In this document: piece by piece, positions 26,922 to 40,074 of the stretch
How the letters are laid out: each line of letters opens with the position of its first letter
How positions within the stretch are numbered: the first letter of the stretch is position 1
Source of the DNA: Geosiphon pyriformis uo1
Taxonomy: Eukaryota > Fungi > Glomeromycota
Assembly (NCBI GenBank): GCA_016748015.1
Contig: JAAOMT010000664.1
Span: 873,518-937,517 of the forward strand
DNA: 64,000 nucleotides
Direction of reading: 5' to 3'
Made by a program: the position numbers and the translations under genes
The notes under the pieces: model-generated
The model's database searches: none
What the model was told of the DNA's origin: nothing
What the model saw: only the letters and a program-made list of their open reading frames with translations

Positions 26922-27524
26922 ATACTCAAAAAGAAATAAAAAATAGAATAATATACTTTGTCTTATTTGTGAAAAAATACTATTAAAAAAATACAATTGA
27001 ATTGATATTGTAATAAAAAAAAAGTCTGCAATTAAACTTGCTAATATGCTCTATTGATTACTAAAAAAGTAAAAAAAGGAATTCTATTTAATGTCACTTA
27101 CAATAGTGTTTTCAATAAACTTTACTATTTACATAATATTGAAATAATCTATAAATTAATCATAGTTCTAATTAATAAAAGAATACAAAAAAATATATGC
27201 TAAATAAAAGAAGCAGAATATATTAAGTACACAATAGAATTAGCTAAATTTGATTATAAAGATAAAATAAAAACCTATTATCAGATTACAAATCATATTT
27301 ATCTAATCAAAAAAACTCAAATTTAACAATTATAACAAATAAATATTCAACTATATAAAGAATATATTATGTTTTATAATAATCAATAGTGTTTAAAATG
27401 TTATACAATTAGTATTTTCTTGCTTAGTAACAATAATAAACATAAAATTGAATTTAAAAAACTTAAACTTAAAGAAGAAATTTCAATTACTTTAATCTAT
27501 CTAATTAAAAATCAGTTTGCCATA

Positions 27525-27955
27525 CAACTCAAGTATTTTAACAATAATGGCCAAAAAATCAAGCCAGAAAAAATTCATGAAATCAATACAGAATATGATT
27601 TATAATATTTAGAAAAAGATACTTTGGTTCTTTAACCAAAGTTTTTAACAAAAATCAATTTTAAAATTGCTTTCAAAATCTCATTAAGAGCAATGATTCA
27701 AATTGCTTTTTGATTATTCTTGGCCAGCAAAAAAATCAATGCTTAAAAAGAAATCATTAATACAGAATATATTAAAAATATTATTATTATTATGTTATAA
27801 AATGAAACTGAAAAATCATTCAAAATTGAACATGACAAAAAAATTGCCCAAGCAATTTACTTACTCTTAATCAACATTTTGGGTTTGTAATTAGTTAATT
27901 AAAAAAAACAATTAGGCAAAAGTAATAGAGAAACCCAAAGTTTTGGTTCAATTAA
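27525..27955 (+). pseudogene. dUTPase domain in Gypsy A pol (degenerate)
   Basis: PEKIHEINTEYDL...IQIAF*LFLASKKIN...IINTEY...KIAQAIYL...RETQSFGS corresponds to the five dUTPase motifs (AGYDL, RSSLA, GIIDAGY, IAQ, RGxxGFGS) after reverting transitions. Confidence 0.8.
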
Positions 27956-30900
27956 ACAATTCACAGCTACAGCAAATATAGCTCTTAATACACAGAATAA
28001 ATTTTACTAGATTCTTTAATTTTTACAACCAATTATTATTTCATCTTTTGGAAAATATTATGAAATTTACACTTGTCTAAAACCAATTACTATTTAATAA
28101 ATTTTTAAATCAAATAGACAAATTTGTCTAAAACACAAAACCTCAATAACTATTTCATCATTTTATTAAATAAATTAGAAATTGGAATTATATATAGCAA
28201 TATCTTTCAGAATAAAATCTTTCAAACTGTTTCTAATTTTATTGAAATTATAAGATATATCCTTTTTCTAAACCCAAATATTCATTCTATTATTGAAAAT
28301 TACCACATTAATAAAGAAAAACTTTCTTAAATTTACATAGATTTTCTAAAACCCCAACAACAGAAACAATTGAAACAGTTAATCACAGAATATGTCAATA
28401 TATTTGTAAAAAATAACAACAGTCTTGGAAAAACCAACATTATACAGTATTAAATTCACATTAAAAATACTATTCCAATACAATAACAGACTTATTAAGT
28501 TTTACTTATTAGTTATTAATTCATTAAAAAAGAAGTATAACAGATGTTTAACAATAAATTGATTCAACTATCAAAAAGTTCTTGGATTTTATCAGTAGTT
28601 TTTGTTAAAAAAAAAGAAAAAAATCAGATTTTGTATTAACTATAGACAATTAAATAGTGTTATAATTAGATATATATATTCCTTATTCAGAATTAATAAT
28701 ATGTTAAATGTTCTTAGAAAAACCAAGTTTTTTTCAACATTAAACTTGGAAAGTAAATACTGATAAGTTGAAATAGATTCTAAAAACTGTCTTAAAACAG
28801 TATTCATTACACAAAAAAAAAATTACGAATTTAACATAATGCCTTTTGAATTTTGTAATATACTAACAACATTCTAGTAATTAATAAATATTGTATATAA
28901 AAAACTTTTATGGCAATTAGTAATCATTTATCTAAATAATACTAATGTTTATTCTTCAACTTTTAAAGCTTATTTAATTTATTTACAAGAAGTTTTTTAA
29001 TGATTACAAAAAGCAAGATTAAAATTAAATATTGAAAACTATTACTTTAGAAAAACAAGCTTGATTTTTTTTGGACACATTGTGAGCAAAGATGGAGTCT
29101 AATCTAATCCAAAAACAATTGATGTTGTAAAAAATTTCTAAGTTCTACATAATATTACAGAACTAAAAAAATTCATAAGATTAGTCTTTTATTATTGAAA
29201 ATTCATCAAAAAATTTTTCTAAATTACCAAACTACTTAATCACTTGATTAACAAAAATGTAAAATACTAATAAACACAAACTCAACAACAAGCATTTGAC
29301 ACTTTTAAAGAAAAACTTACCACAGTTCCAATTTTTGTTTATTTAGATTTTAGTAAAAAGTTTCAATTAGTCACTGATGTTTTATATATAGCTTTTGGTA
29401 TTATTCTATTATAATTAGATAACAATAACAATAAGTAAGTAATTATATATACTAATAGAACACTTAAGCCAAAAAAACTCAAATATGGCCTAATTAAATT
29501 AGAAGCAACAGTCATTATTTAGGCTCTTAAATACTTTTAACAATATCTCTAAAATAGATTCCAATTTAATATTATTACAGATAATATTGATTTTAAATAT
29601 CTTAATAAAAAGAGCTTTAAATTCAGTGCAAAGCAATTTTAATAAACTGATTTTCTAGCTAATTACAAATATATTGTTTACTATAAATCAAGAAAATTAC
29701 ATATAAACATTAATAGTCTTTTCAAAATAAGACAAAATTAAAATTCACACCAATATTCAACCAACTTAACAAACAAATTAGCAACAAATGATAGATTCTG
29801 AAAATTACAACAACATTAAAACCTATTTAGAAAACTTTAACATATCAAAAAATTGATTTTTAATTAAAAAAACCAATTACAAAACCAAGCAAAGCAATAT
29901 TTTATTCACTATAACAAAATCTATTACCAAAATTGCCAAAATTTAACCAATTTACTCAGATTAATCCAACAAAGTAAAAAAAAACAATCTTTTAAAACAT
30001 GTATAGAAATTCATTTTTTGCATATTTAGAAAGAAACAATACAATACAAAGAACATTAAAACATTATTTTTGGTTCTATATACAAAAAAATATTTAATAA
30101 TATATGAAATTATGTAACAGTTATCAAAGAAAAAGAAAATTGTTCTACTAAATTTTTAATTTAATTAAAATTGGACAACTTTTTAACAGAGTTGGTATTA
30201 ATTTAGTTGAATTACTACTTATTATAACTCAAAAAAACTATTATATTGTAGTTGTTATAGATTATCTTATTAAATAATCTAAAATCAGAGTTATTTAACA
30301 AGCTGATGCAAAATTAATAGCAAATTTCATTTACAAAGACATTATTTGTAAACACAAATATCTAATCAAACTTTTATCTGATCAAAGAACATATTTTATG
30401 AACAACTTAATACAAAAATTTGCAAACAATTTAATATTAAATGATTTTTATTATTATCATATCATCTATAAACAAATAAACTTGTAGAATAATTCAACCA
30501 AACATTATGTAAATTATTAGCCAAAGTTTCAATTAATTTTAAACAAAAATAAAATATTTTTATTTTATTAATATTATTAACATATAGAATACTAAAACAA
30601 GATATTATAAAATATATACCATTTAACTTAACATATAAAAAAACAGCAACATTACCAATTAATTTCACTGTAAAAACATATTTAGTACAATCAATCAATA
30701 AAAAAAACTTTTAAGAGATACTTTAATAAAAAGCTTACATTTTTTTCAGTACTTTGAAAAGAAGATAACAAATAGTAGCAATCTATATTAAACACTTCCA
30801 ACCTTAACAAAAAAAATAGCATAACAACAAATTGCCACTAGTTACCAATAAATTTAAAGTTGAAAACAAAGTTTTTTTACATAAAACTAAGACTAAAAAA

Positions 30901-32014
30901 CAATAGAACGAAAAATTTAAACATAAATTAGATAGATTATTTTATATTTACAAAATTTTAGACAATGAATTATATAAATTAAAACTTAATAATAAAATTC
31001 TAGTAAAAATTGTACATAGAAATTGATTAAAATATTATTATTCCAAAAACAATTTTAAATTATTAATTCCACAAATTAATAAATATTCTCTTTTAATTAA
31101 TCTTAAAAATATTCTCCAAAATTTAGAATTAATAGTTATAATAAAACAATAATTAAATCTAAATATCTAATTTAATAATACACAAATGTAAAAACAAAAA
31201 TAGTAAATAATTACAAGTATTTAAAACCAAAAATACATAAAAACTCTATATTCAAAAAAATATTATTTATTTTTTTTTTAAATTTTTTATCAAATTTTTA
31301 CTTTTAAATTTTATTTTTTACATTCATCATGATTATTTTCCAAAATATTCAACAAATATTTTATAAATTAATGCTAGTTTTAAAAATATTTCTTAATTTA
31401 TTCATAATAATTAATAAAAATTAAATCAACTATATTCAAAAAAACTATAATACCAGTAGTAAATAATTTTCAGAATTATTACTCTTATAGAAAAAACACA
31501 AAAAGTTATTCTGAAATTCAATTACCAAAACTTTTGAAGCAAACATTAAAAGAAAATTTTTTGTTTATTTTTATTAATATTTTACCAAATACCACAATTC
31601 AACAAAAGTTTCAACTGTGTTTTAATAAACAAAATAATAAACATATTCTTATACATAAATATTTTTATATCAGAAAAACATCTTATAAATGAAAATTAGA
31701 ATTCAAAACAACAAATCTTATTTTTGAAGCCATACAAAAACAAATTCACAACAAATTCAAAACAGCAGTTAAATTAACAAATATTTATTACAAACTTAAA
31801 ACAGTTCTTAGACACTATAATCTATTCAATATTTGTAAAAACATTCTACAAAATTTAATACTTTAACCAATAAAAATTCAATATATTAGCAAATTTACAG
31901 AACTGAAATTTCAATAATTTTCAGACCAAATTATTTCAATTATTTTGGACTATTATCTTAATATTACAAATAGTATTTGAACTTCAATAAAGCTCAGTCT
32001 TAAGAAAAAAATTA

Positions 32015-32995
32015 TATTACCAATAAAATTTTAGTCAATAATTAGCATGAAATTATTCTTATAATTCCTATTATTAATTAGTATATATTAATATTGTTTC
32101 AATTATTACTTATTATTTAATCAAATTATCATATATTACTATTTAATTAATAACCTAATTTGTAAAATAAAAATTAGAATGATTAGATTATATAATATTC
32201 TGAACTATGTAATATTCAAAAATTTGTTAAAATTTGTAAAAATTTGTAAAAATAATAAATAGTTTACCAAAATAGTTAATAATTTGTCGAAATAATTTGT
32301 AGTTTATTAAAATGTATCTTAGTTTGTTAAAATTATAACAAAGAGAAAAGTTTAAGTTTATAAACTAGTATTACAACAAGTTGTATAAAAAAAGAGCTTT
32401 TTTTTTAAAAAAAATATATCTTATTTTTAAATTATTATATTTAAAATTATCTTATTTAGAATTAATTATCTTTTATATACCAAAAAAAATAAATATCAAA
32501 TATTTTAAAAAACCCAATTTTTTTTATTGTACTTAAAAATTTCTGAAACCTAACTAATGTTTTGAAATTAATTAACTATTAATTTTAGTAATTTATAAGT
32601 CATTTTAAACTTGAACAGAAAACAACTTTCTTAACACAATTCTATTTTTTTATATTTTTTTATTTGTTTTTATTTTTCTTAGTATAATTATTAGAGTAGT
32701 TTATAAATAAGATTCATGTAAAAAGTTGATTTTTATAGCAAAATAACTACATATTTTTAGTAAGCTTTCAGACAAGCAATTCTTGGAAAAAAATTGACTT
32801 TTATTACAAAATAACTATATATAATAATTAGTACAGAATTGGTTATTCTACTTATAAGTCTAACAGTTCAAATTATAAAAGATAATTTGAAAATAAATTC
32901 AGTTATCAAAAATTCAGTAGCTTCTAAAAAATATAAATTTACAGCAAATAAACATTAATAACATTTAAAAAAAAGACCAAAAACCTTTAATAATA
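32015..32995 (+). repeat. 3' LTR of Gypsy A
   Basis: Aligns with 5612-6607; preceded by a purine run AAGAAAAAAA (PPT); termini mutated to TATTAC...AATAATA. Confidence 0.85.
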
Positions 32996-35900
32996 CAAGT
33001 TACTCAAACCAGTTAAGACAATATTATATATTTATATATATAAAAACCATGTTTTTAATATCCAAGAAAAAACAAACACAATTTATGTATGTTTAAATTA
33101 ACTTCAAAAACTTTAATAATTTCAAGCAGCTTAATTATACTACTAAACAAAACAGATAACACTTACAAAAAAAGTTTTATTATTTAGAATTAAATCATTT
33201 TTTTTTAATAAAGCTTAATGCTTAAAATAAATAAGCCAAATATTATTTCTATAAGCTAACCTAAAATTACATACAAAATTTATAACTTTACAGCTAGCAA
33301 TTTTGGCATTTTTAAAAATTAAAAAAGATTCTTAAAACCAATTCTTAATAACAAACTTCTTATATAAAGTTAAATATATTACAACATCCAAAAAGCACAA
33401 AAAAAGTAGCTATAAAACAATAAAAATAATCTGAACAGATTAAATAATATTTTTTAAATGATTACATAAATATTTAACAGTTTTTTGTAAATTTTACTAT
33501 CTAATTTACAAAAAAAAACATGAGTTAAAAACTTAATATTTTCACAAAACAAACATAAAAAACTACAATAATATTTATTATACAGATACTTATAAACAAT
33601 TACAAATAGTTTGTAATATAAAATTTTTATGAAATAAAAATACAATTTAGCTATAAATCTGTTTGTACATATAAAAATTAAGATATTATACAAGTAATAA
33701 TTTAATTTAGTTGATGTTTTTAAGCAAACTAGTTTTTAAAACATAAGTTTTAAATTTAATTTTCGAATAAACATAATAAATTACCTAAAAAACTTTATAA
33801 ACAAAATATTTTGTATTATTAAAAATAACTTTACTACTAATTTTAATAAAATATTTATATATATAAATTAGAAGTATTAAATTTAAAAATGAGACTGCAT
33901 TAACCAAACATCAGTTTTTTTATTGCTCAGAACACCTAAATAGTTTTTAATCTTATATCAATTTATATTTAAATTTTTATTTTTAATAATATTTACAATA
34001 TACTAATGTTTAACTTAATAATAATTATGAAAATTTAAAAAAACCAAAGCTAACTTCAAATAACATGTATTTAAAACAACTTGGTTGTTAAAAAACAAAT
34101 CAATTAGATAGAAAAAAAATACATTTTAAGATAAATATAATAGTTTGCAATTTAGCCATAATAAAAGAAATTATTTTTAAAACTTTAACACTTAAATCCA
34201 AATTTACATTCTCAAAAAAAACTGTAACACTAGTCTTTATATTAACAGTATTTAAATTGCTTAACAAACTATTAATGTAAATAAAAAAACATATTATATT
34301 AGTATTTAACAGCTAGTTATAAATTAGATTAAACTTATATAAACCAAAAATATTCAGAGATTAAAAATTAACAACAGAAGATAAAATAACAAAGCAGAAA
34401 ACTAAATTATTTAAAAACTTAACAGCAAATCTAAACCAATCAGAGACAAATTTATAAGAATCTAGTCTCTTTTATGTTTGAAAGTTTTTTAATTAAACAT
34501 TAATTTTTTTTATTATATAACTGTTTAATAAAAACAACATTAAACTATTTAAATAAATAAAACATCTTAAAAAAACAGACTTTTTTAAAATCAATAACAT
34601 CAAAGTTTTATCTTAAAAAAAAAATGTTAAATATAAAAAATTAACCAAAAATAAATCATATTTGCAAAAACCATAAATCATATTTGCTAAAAAATTGTTA
34701 GATAAATTAACTTTAAGGTAAACTGAAAAGCACAAAAAGTGGTGAAAAAATTAGCTCAAAACTTATAAATCAAAAAATTTATGTTTAAACAGACAATTCA
34801 GAATGCTATATACATTAAAAAACACAGCACAAAAGCTAATTTGCTCTTAATTTATATTTGTTTAAAAGTTTTTAGATCATACAAAAAAGAATAATGAATT
34901 ATATTACTTGAAAAGTCTAAAAACAAATAAGATTTTAATTTTAAGCTTTAATAAATTACAACATTTTATTTATTACACATTATTAAAAACAAAACTAAAC
35001 TGAATCTTATAATTAATAATAAAATAAAGCATTACTGAAATTAAGTATAGAAATTACTTATTAAAAATAGTTTTTTATAAAACAATATTAGTAAAAATTT
35101 AATATTCAAATAAGCTTTTGTTAAACTAGATTTTAACAAGTTTTTTGTTAATAAAAAAATATTAAAGTATCAATAAAATTTCCTTTTTTTTTGCAATAAA
35201 AATCAACAAATCACTAATTAATAAAAAAAATCTATAATTCTATAATTAATTAAAATAGTTATTGTCTTGTTGTTATTAATTAAAATATTGTTGATTTAAA
35301 AAAATTTACTTGTAATATTCAAAATATATTAAGTTACTATTTGACTATATTCTACTTAAATTGTATCATTAATAAAGATATTAACAGTAAAAAATAATAT
35401 CAAACTAGTTTAAACTTCAATTTAACCAGTTTTAGCAACAAACTTAAAATTAATTTTATAATTATAAATACTTTTCTGTCTTTTAATCTTACATAAAAAA
35501 AAATTATAGAAAATACACCAAAAAAAAAATGAAAAAATTTCACTTTAATCCAGTTTATTATGAATATAATATTTATTTATTAAGCCAAAATTAATTATAA
35601 CTTAATTAACATAATTATTGTAAATACTACCAAAAAATTTAATCAACTTGTTACATATTTTAATTTTATTTAAGCTATATTTTAAATGTTTTCAACTTAT
35701 AGAATTATATGTCTTGTACATATCTTGTAAAATTAGCCAAAGTTTATAAACCATTTTTTATTATTAATTTAATTATAAAAATAGAAAATTGTGTTTTTAT
35801 ATTTTTTAGAACTGAAATATTATTATCACAAAAAACATTAAATTTGTTATATACCAAGAAAATTTTATTAAAAAAAATTTTAGAAAAAATTTTTTAGGTT

Positions 35901-38900
35901 GTTTAATTAAAGCAATAAGTAAAATATTTGTTAAAATGCTTTTTTATTTATACAGTTTGGAAATTATTAAAAACTAAATTTTTTTTAAAATTAAAAAACA
36001 GATTTATGCACTAAACAAAAATTTAAAAGATTCAAAAGCATATTTAATATTATTTTATTGTAATGTTTTTATAATTTATTTAAAATACCAAAAAAACAAA
36101 CTGTTTTCTTATTAAGCAAATTTTTTATTATATTTATTAATTCATAAAAACCAATAGAATACATAATATTAGAAAAAGTATTATTAATAACATAATTCAA
36201 TAAGAAATATTTATAACTCTATATCTTAAGTATTTTTTTCAATTTTTATACTTTTTTGTCTAATTTTTTATAATAATATTTACATTAAATTTGACCAATT
36301 TATACTTTAGTACCAGTTTTTTTTCAACTATTAAATAGTCTAATACTATTTTATAAAAAAGATGCTTTAAAATATTTTGAATTATATGATCTTTTTTTAT
36401 CTTAAAACTTTTTATTTTTCTGTTAATAACAAACTTAATATGTATTTTTTTAATATACCAAAATTCTGCTATTTTAAAAATTTTTTTGTAACAACAAAAT
36501 TATTAACAAACATGACAATAGTATTAAACATTAAAATTCTAAACAATTTTTATTTTATATTATTAATATTTTTTATATTGAATTTTATTAATTCTTATTA
36601 ACTTGTATATAAAAAGTTCTTAAAACTGATTTCAAAAGACTATTAAAACCAATAATAACATAAATAAAATTGTAATTAGTATTAAAAAATTTATTTATAT
36701 ATGTAATTTTTTTGTTGGTCAGCATATTTACCAAATTAGATAAAATAAAAATAAAATCAATAGTTTTTTTAATGTTTTTAAAGTTTTTCTAAGTAAAAAA
36801 CTTAGCAAATAAACTATTAATTAAAAAATTAACCAAATCTAAATCTATACATTTTTGAAACTGATATTATATCTAATACTATCTTTATTAAAGTTATTTT
36901 TTAAAATAACAAAAACACTTTTATTGTATATATAAACTATAAAAAAATTGGTTTAAATATTGTTTTAAAAATATATTTACATACAATCCTAATACAAAAA
37001 TTGTTTATTTGTTTTGAACAGTAAATAGATTATTAAAAACTTACCAAAAATTTTTAAAATTTTTAAAACATGCTTGGCTAAATATTTATTTACAATAAAA
37101 GCAATATTAATACTTAAATACTCAGAATTTAAACCAGAAGTAAACACTTTTACACCTAAAAACTTATTTGCTATCTAAAATTTAATACTCGAATAAAATT
37201 TAATTTTAATAATAATTAAAATATTATTTTTTAATTCATTATATTACTTAATAATATTATTCTGCTTAACAGAAATATTTATTTTTTTAATATTATATGT
37301 AGTTATCTTTTAAGTTAAGCTACTTATTAAGAGCAATTCAAACTAAAAAACTTTAATTTATCCAAAATAGTTTTAATTAAACCTTCTATAATTACTATAT
37401 TAACTTTTAGACCACTAATTTTAGTGGTCAAAACTTTGAATTCACTAGAAAAAATATCTTAAAAGTTATTAAAAGTAATACTTAAAACAGAAATAATAAA
37501 TAATAACTCATTAATAATTATTGTTACTCATAAAAATTAAGAATTATAATAATAAGTAAAATAACCAATCATAAATAGACATAATAAAAAGGGAAAATTT
37601 AGGATTTTTTTTAGAGAATTGTAAGATTTCAGAATTCTAAGATTTTTTTTAAAAAATTGCAAGATTTCAAAATTCCAAAATTCCTTTTAGGAAATTGCAA
37701 AATTCCAAGGAATTTTATATAACACAAATTATGTATATATAGTGAAAATATTAAAAACAGAAAAGTATTCAAAATTTGATTCAGATAGAATAGTAGCTAG
37801 TAATAATTACTTATTCTTATCCCTTCCTTCAAAAAATAGTTTTTTATAACTTAAAATAGAAACTTATCAATATTAATAAAATATTTAATTATTATTAAAT
37901 TTATATTATTATCACTTAATTAAAAATATTAATCACTTTCACTATTATCAATACTTTAATACTTAACTACATTAAACCAATAGTTCTTGATTATAGTTAT
38001 TAATGAAATACTAATTTTTTGTTTTGTTTTTTTGTTGTTTATTAATTAATTAAAGAAATTAAGTCTGAATATTTGACATTAAGGATAGCTTAATAAAAAA
38101 TCTGAAAATAAGAGTAGAAATTTAAAGATAGCTACCAGAAGAACATAACTGTTTAAATACAGTAAACTGGTTATTATACTAAAAAAAAATTCATAAAAGA
38201 AACCATTAATTAAATTTCTGTTCATTATACAAAAAATTCAACCAAAATCTTTAGAAATTACTAATATTCTTAGTTATTAAGCACCAAATTATAGGTTTGT
38301 TATTTGTTTTAACATCTTAAATAATTATTTATAATACCATGTTTAATATTGAATTGGTATTTAAAATAGATGTTTTTATAATATAATTCAAAAATAATAT
38401 AAAAAAAACTATTCAATTTGTAAAAAATTTCAGTAATATAATTAAACAAAAGCTTTAAAATATGCTTAAAAATATTTAATTAGAAGACTATAGTCGAAAT
38501 AACAAGAATTTTTTTAAAATTACCAACTATTATATTTACTAAAAAGATATTAACAAATAACTTAAAATATATATATTTTAAATTATTACTTATTACAAAA
38601 GCTCATATTGCTTTATTAAATAAAACTAAATAAAATATAGAAATTTGTTTTTTAATATAAATAAAAGTAAAATACTTTTTATCTGACTTTGAAAAAAATT
38701 CTTTTTTAAATTTTAATTAAATAATGTAAAATTATTATTATAAACAGCTAAAATATAATCAAATTTTTTATATTTGGTATACTTAGGAAAAAATAAATTA
38801 GCCCAAATCAGATCAATATTCATAAATACAAAAATCAAATAAATAATAGCATTTTTGATTATGATAAACTCAAAACACATATATAAAAAACAAAATTATA

Positions 38901-40049
38901 AAAAATAGAGCATATTTTTTTATTATAAAACTGAATTAAACTTAAAAAATTATGAATAATTGTGCCTATTAGTAGAATATATAAGAGAACATAATAATAG
39001 TCCTTCAGATTTTATATATGTTTATTAGCATTAACTTTAATAATTTGTACTAAATTTTTTTTTAGTAAAATTAATTATTTGGCTGCAATCAGATTAATAA
39101 CTTTAAAGCTCTTAAATTTAATCAAAACTTTTTGCCAAAAACCAATAAACTGTATTTTAATAGAAATAATTTTGTCAAATTTAGACAGTATTAATTTAAT
39201 TACTAATTTAGAAAAATTTATTAAAATTTTTTTAATTATAATTTTCTAATCTGATTTAATGTTAATTTTTTTTTTATAATTAGCTATTTAATAGCTTTGA
39301 AACTAAATTTAAATATAAATAATGTTCTAATAACATCTTAAATTTGAGAGAATTAATGCTTTTCTAAAATAATTAATATTATAAAAAAGTTTTTTTATAA
39401 ACTTGAGTTTATTATTCAGAATCTTGTTAAATATGATCAAAAAATTAATTTTTAACATATATAACTTTACTAAATCAAAGTTTTTTCTCTTTTTAATGTA
39501 AATATTTAAATGCAAAATAGAATTGATTAAAAAAAATAAAGAAAAATTTATAGTATTACTGTTATTATTAAAACTAAAATTATATGATCCAAAAAAGAAA
39601 ATTGCTATTTTGTTAAAGTTAAATTGCTTTGTTTTTGAAATATTGGTATAAAAATCCAAAAGCCTATTATTTTTACTCTTAATACTATAGTTAATATTAT
39701 ATATAACCAAGTCTTTTATTATATTATTAAAAAAAATATTTATATTTTTAAACTGACTTATATTATATAAAAATAACTTGAATTCTAAATATGTTTTATT
39801 ATTTAAGTACTTTATCTTAATAATTAATATTTTAAATTTTTGTATTAGATTTCTATTTACTGAACTTAAAATAATATTTTTAGCTAATTTTTTTTTAGAT
39901 ATTATATTATTAATAGTGGTTGCCAAAGCAATCATAAAAAAGTTTGTGTTTTATAAAATAGTAAAAACAAAATAGCAAAGAAAAATAAAAATAAAAAGAC
40001 TTTTTTATTAAATTAATTCTTTAAAAATTTTTAAATATAAAAAAAAAAG
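32996..40049 (-). mobile_element. LINE copy C, extremely decayed; distal 3' UTR missing; solo LTR inserted in ORF1
   Basis: Colinear with copies B and E (LYNKYYCSFLCLFCENIKFLTHVFFC at ~33520-33590, FINDTI at ~35370, IATYNIK at ~37300); very low GC. Confidence 0.82.
37522..38336 (+). repeat. Solo LTR of the Gypsy B group inside ORF1 of LINE C
   Basis: Starts TGTTACTCATAAAAA; matches 19173-19650 and the reverse complement of LTR B; flanks TTAT / CCAT are a 4-bp TSD differing by two C/T changes. Confidence 0.85.
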
Positions 40050-40074
40050 TTTTTTTGGTTTTTTTATTTAAATT

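Larger units (their letters stand above)
5612..32995 (+). mobile_element. Gypsy/Ty3 LTR retrotransposon A (decayed), interrupted by nested insertions
   Basis: Direct ~1 kb LTRs at both ends. Degenerate gag (~7370-8043, resuming 17923), protease (LILNNRFIRSII ~18530), dUTPase (~27525-27955), RT (~28400-29100), RNase H (~29350-29730) and integrase (~29950-31050) in Gypsy order. Confidence 0.85.

Noticed and set aside
30900-31150. Chromodomain at the integrase C-terminus (chromovirus)
   Set aside because: A degenerate GPF/Y-like motif is visible, but no chromodomain signature follows in either Gypsy element.
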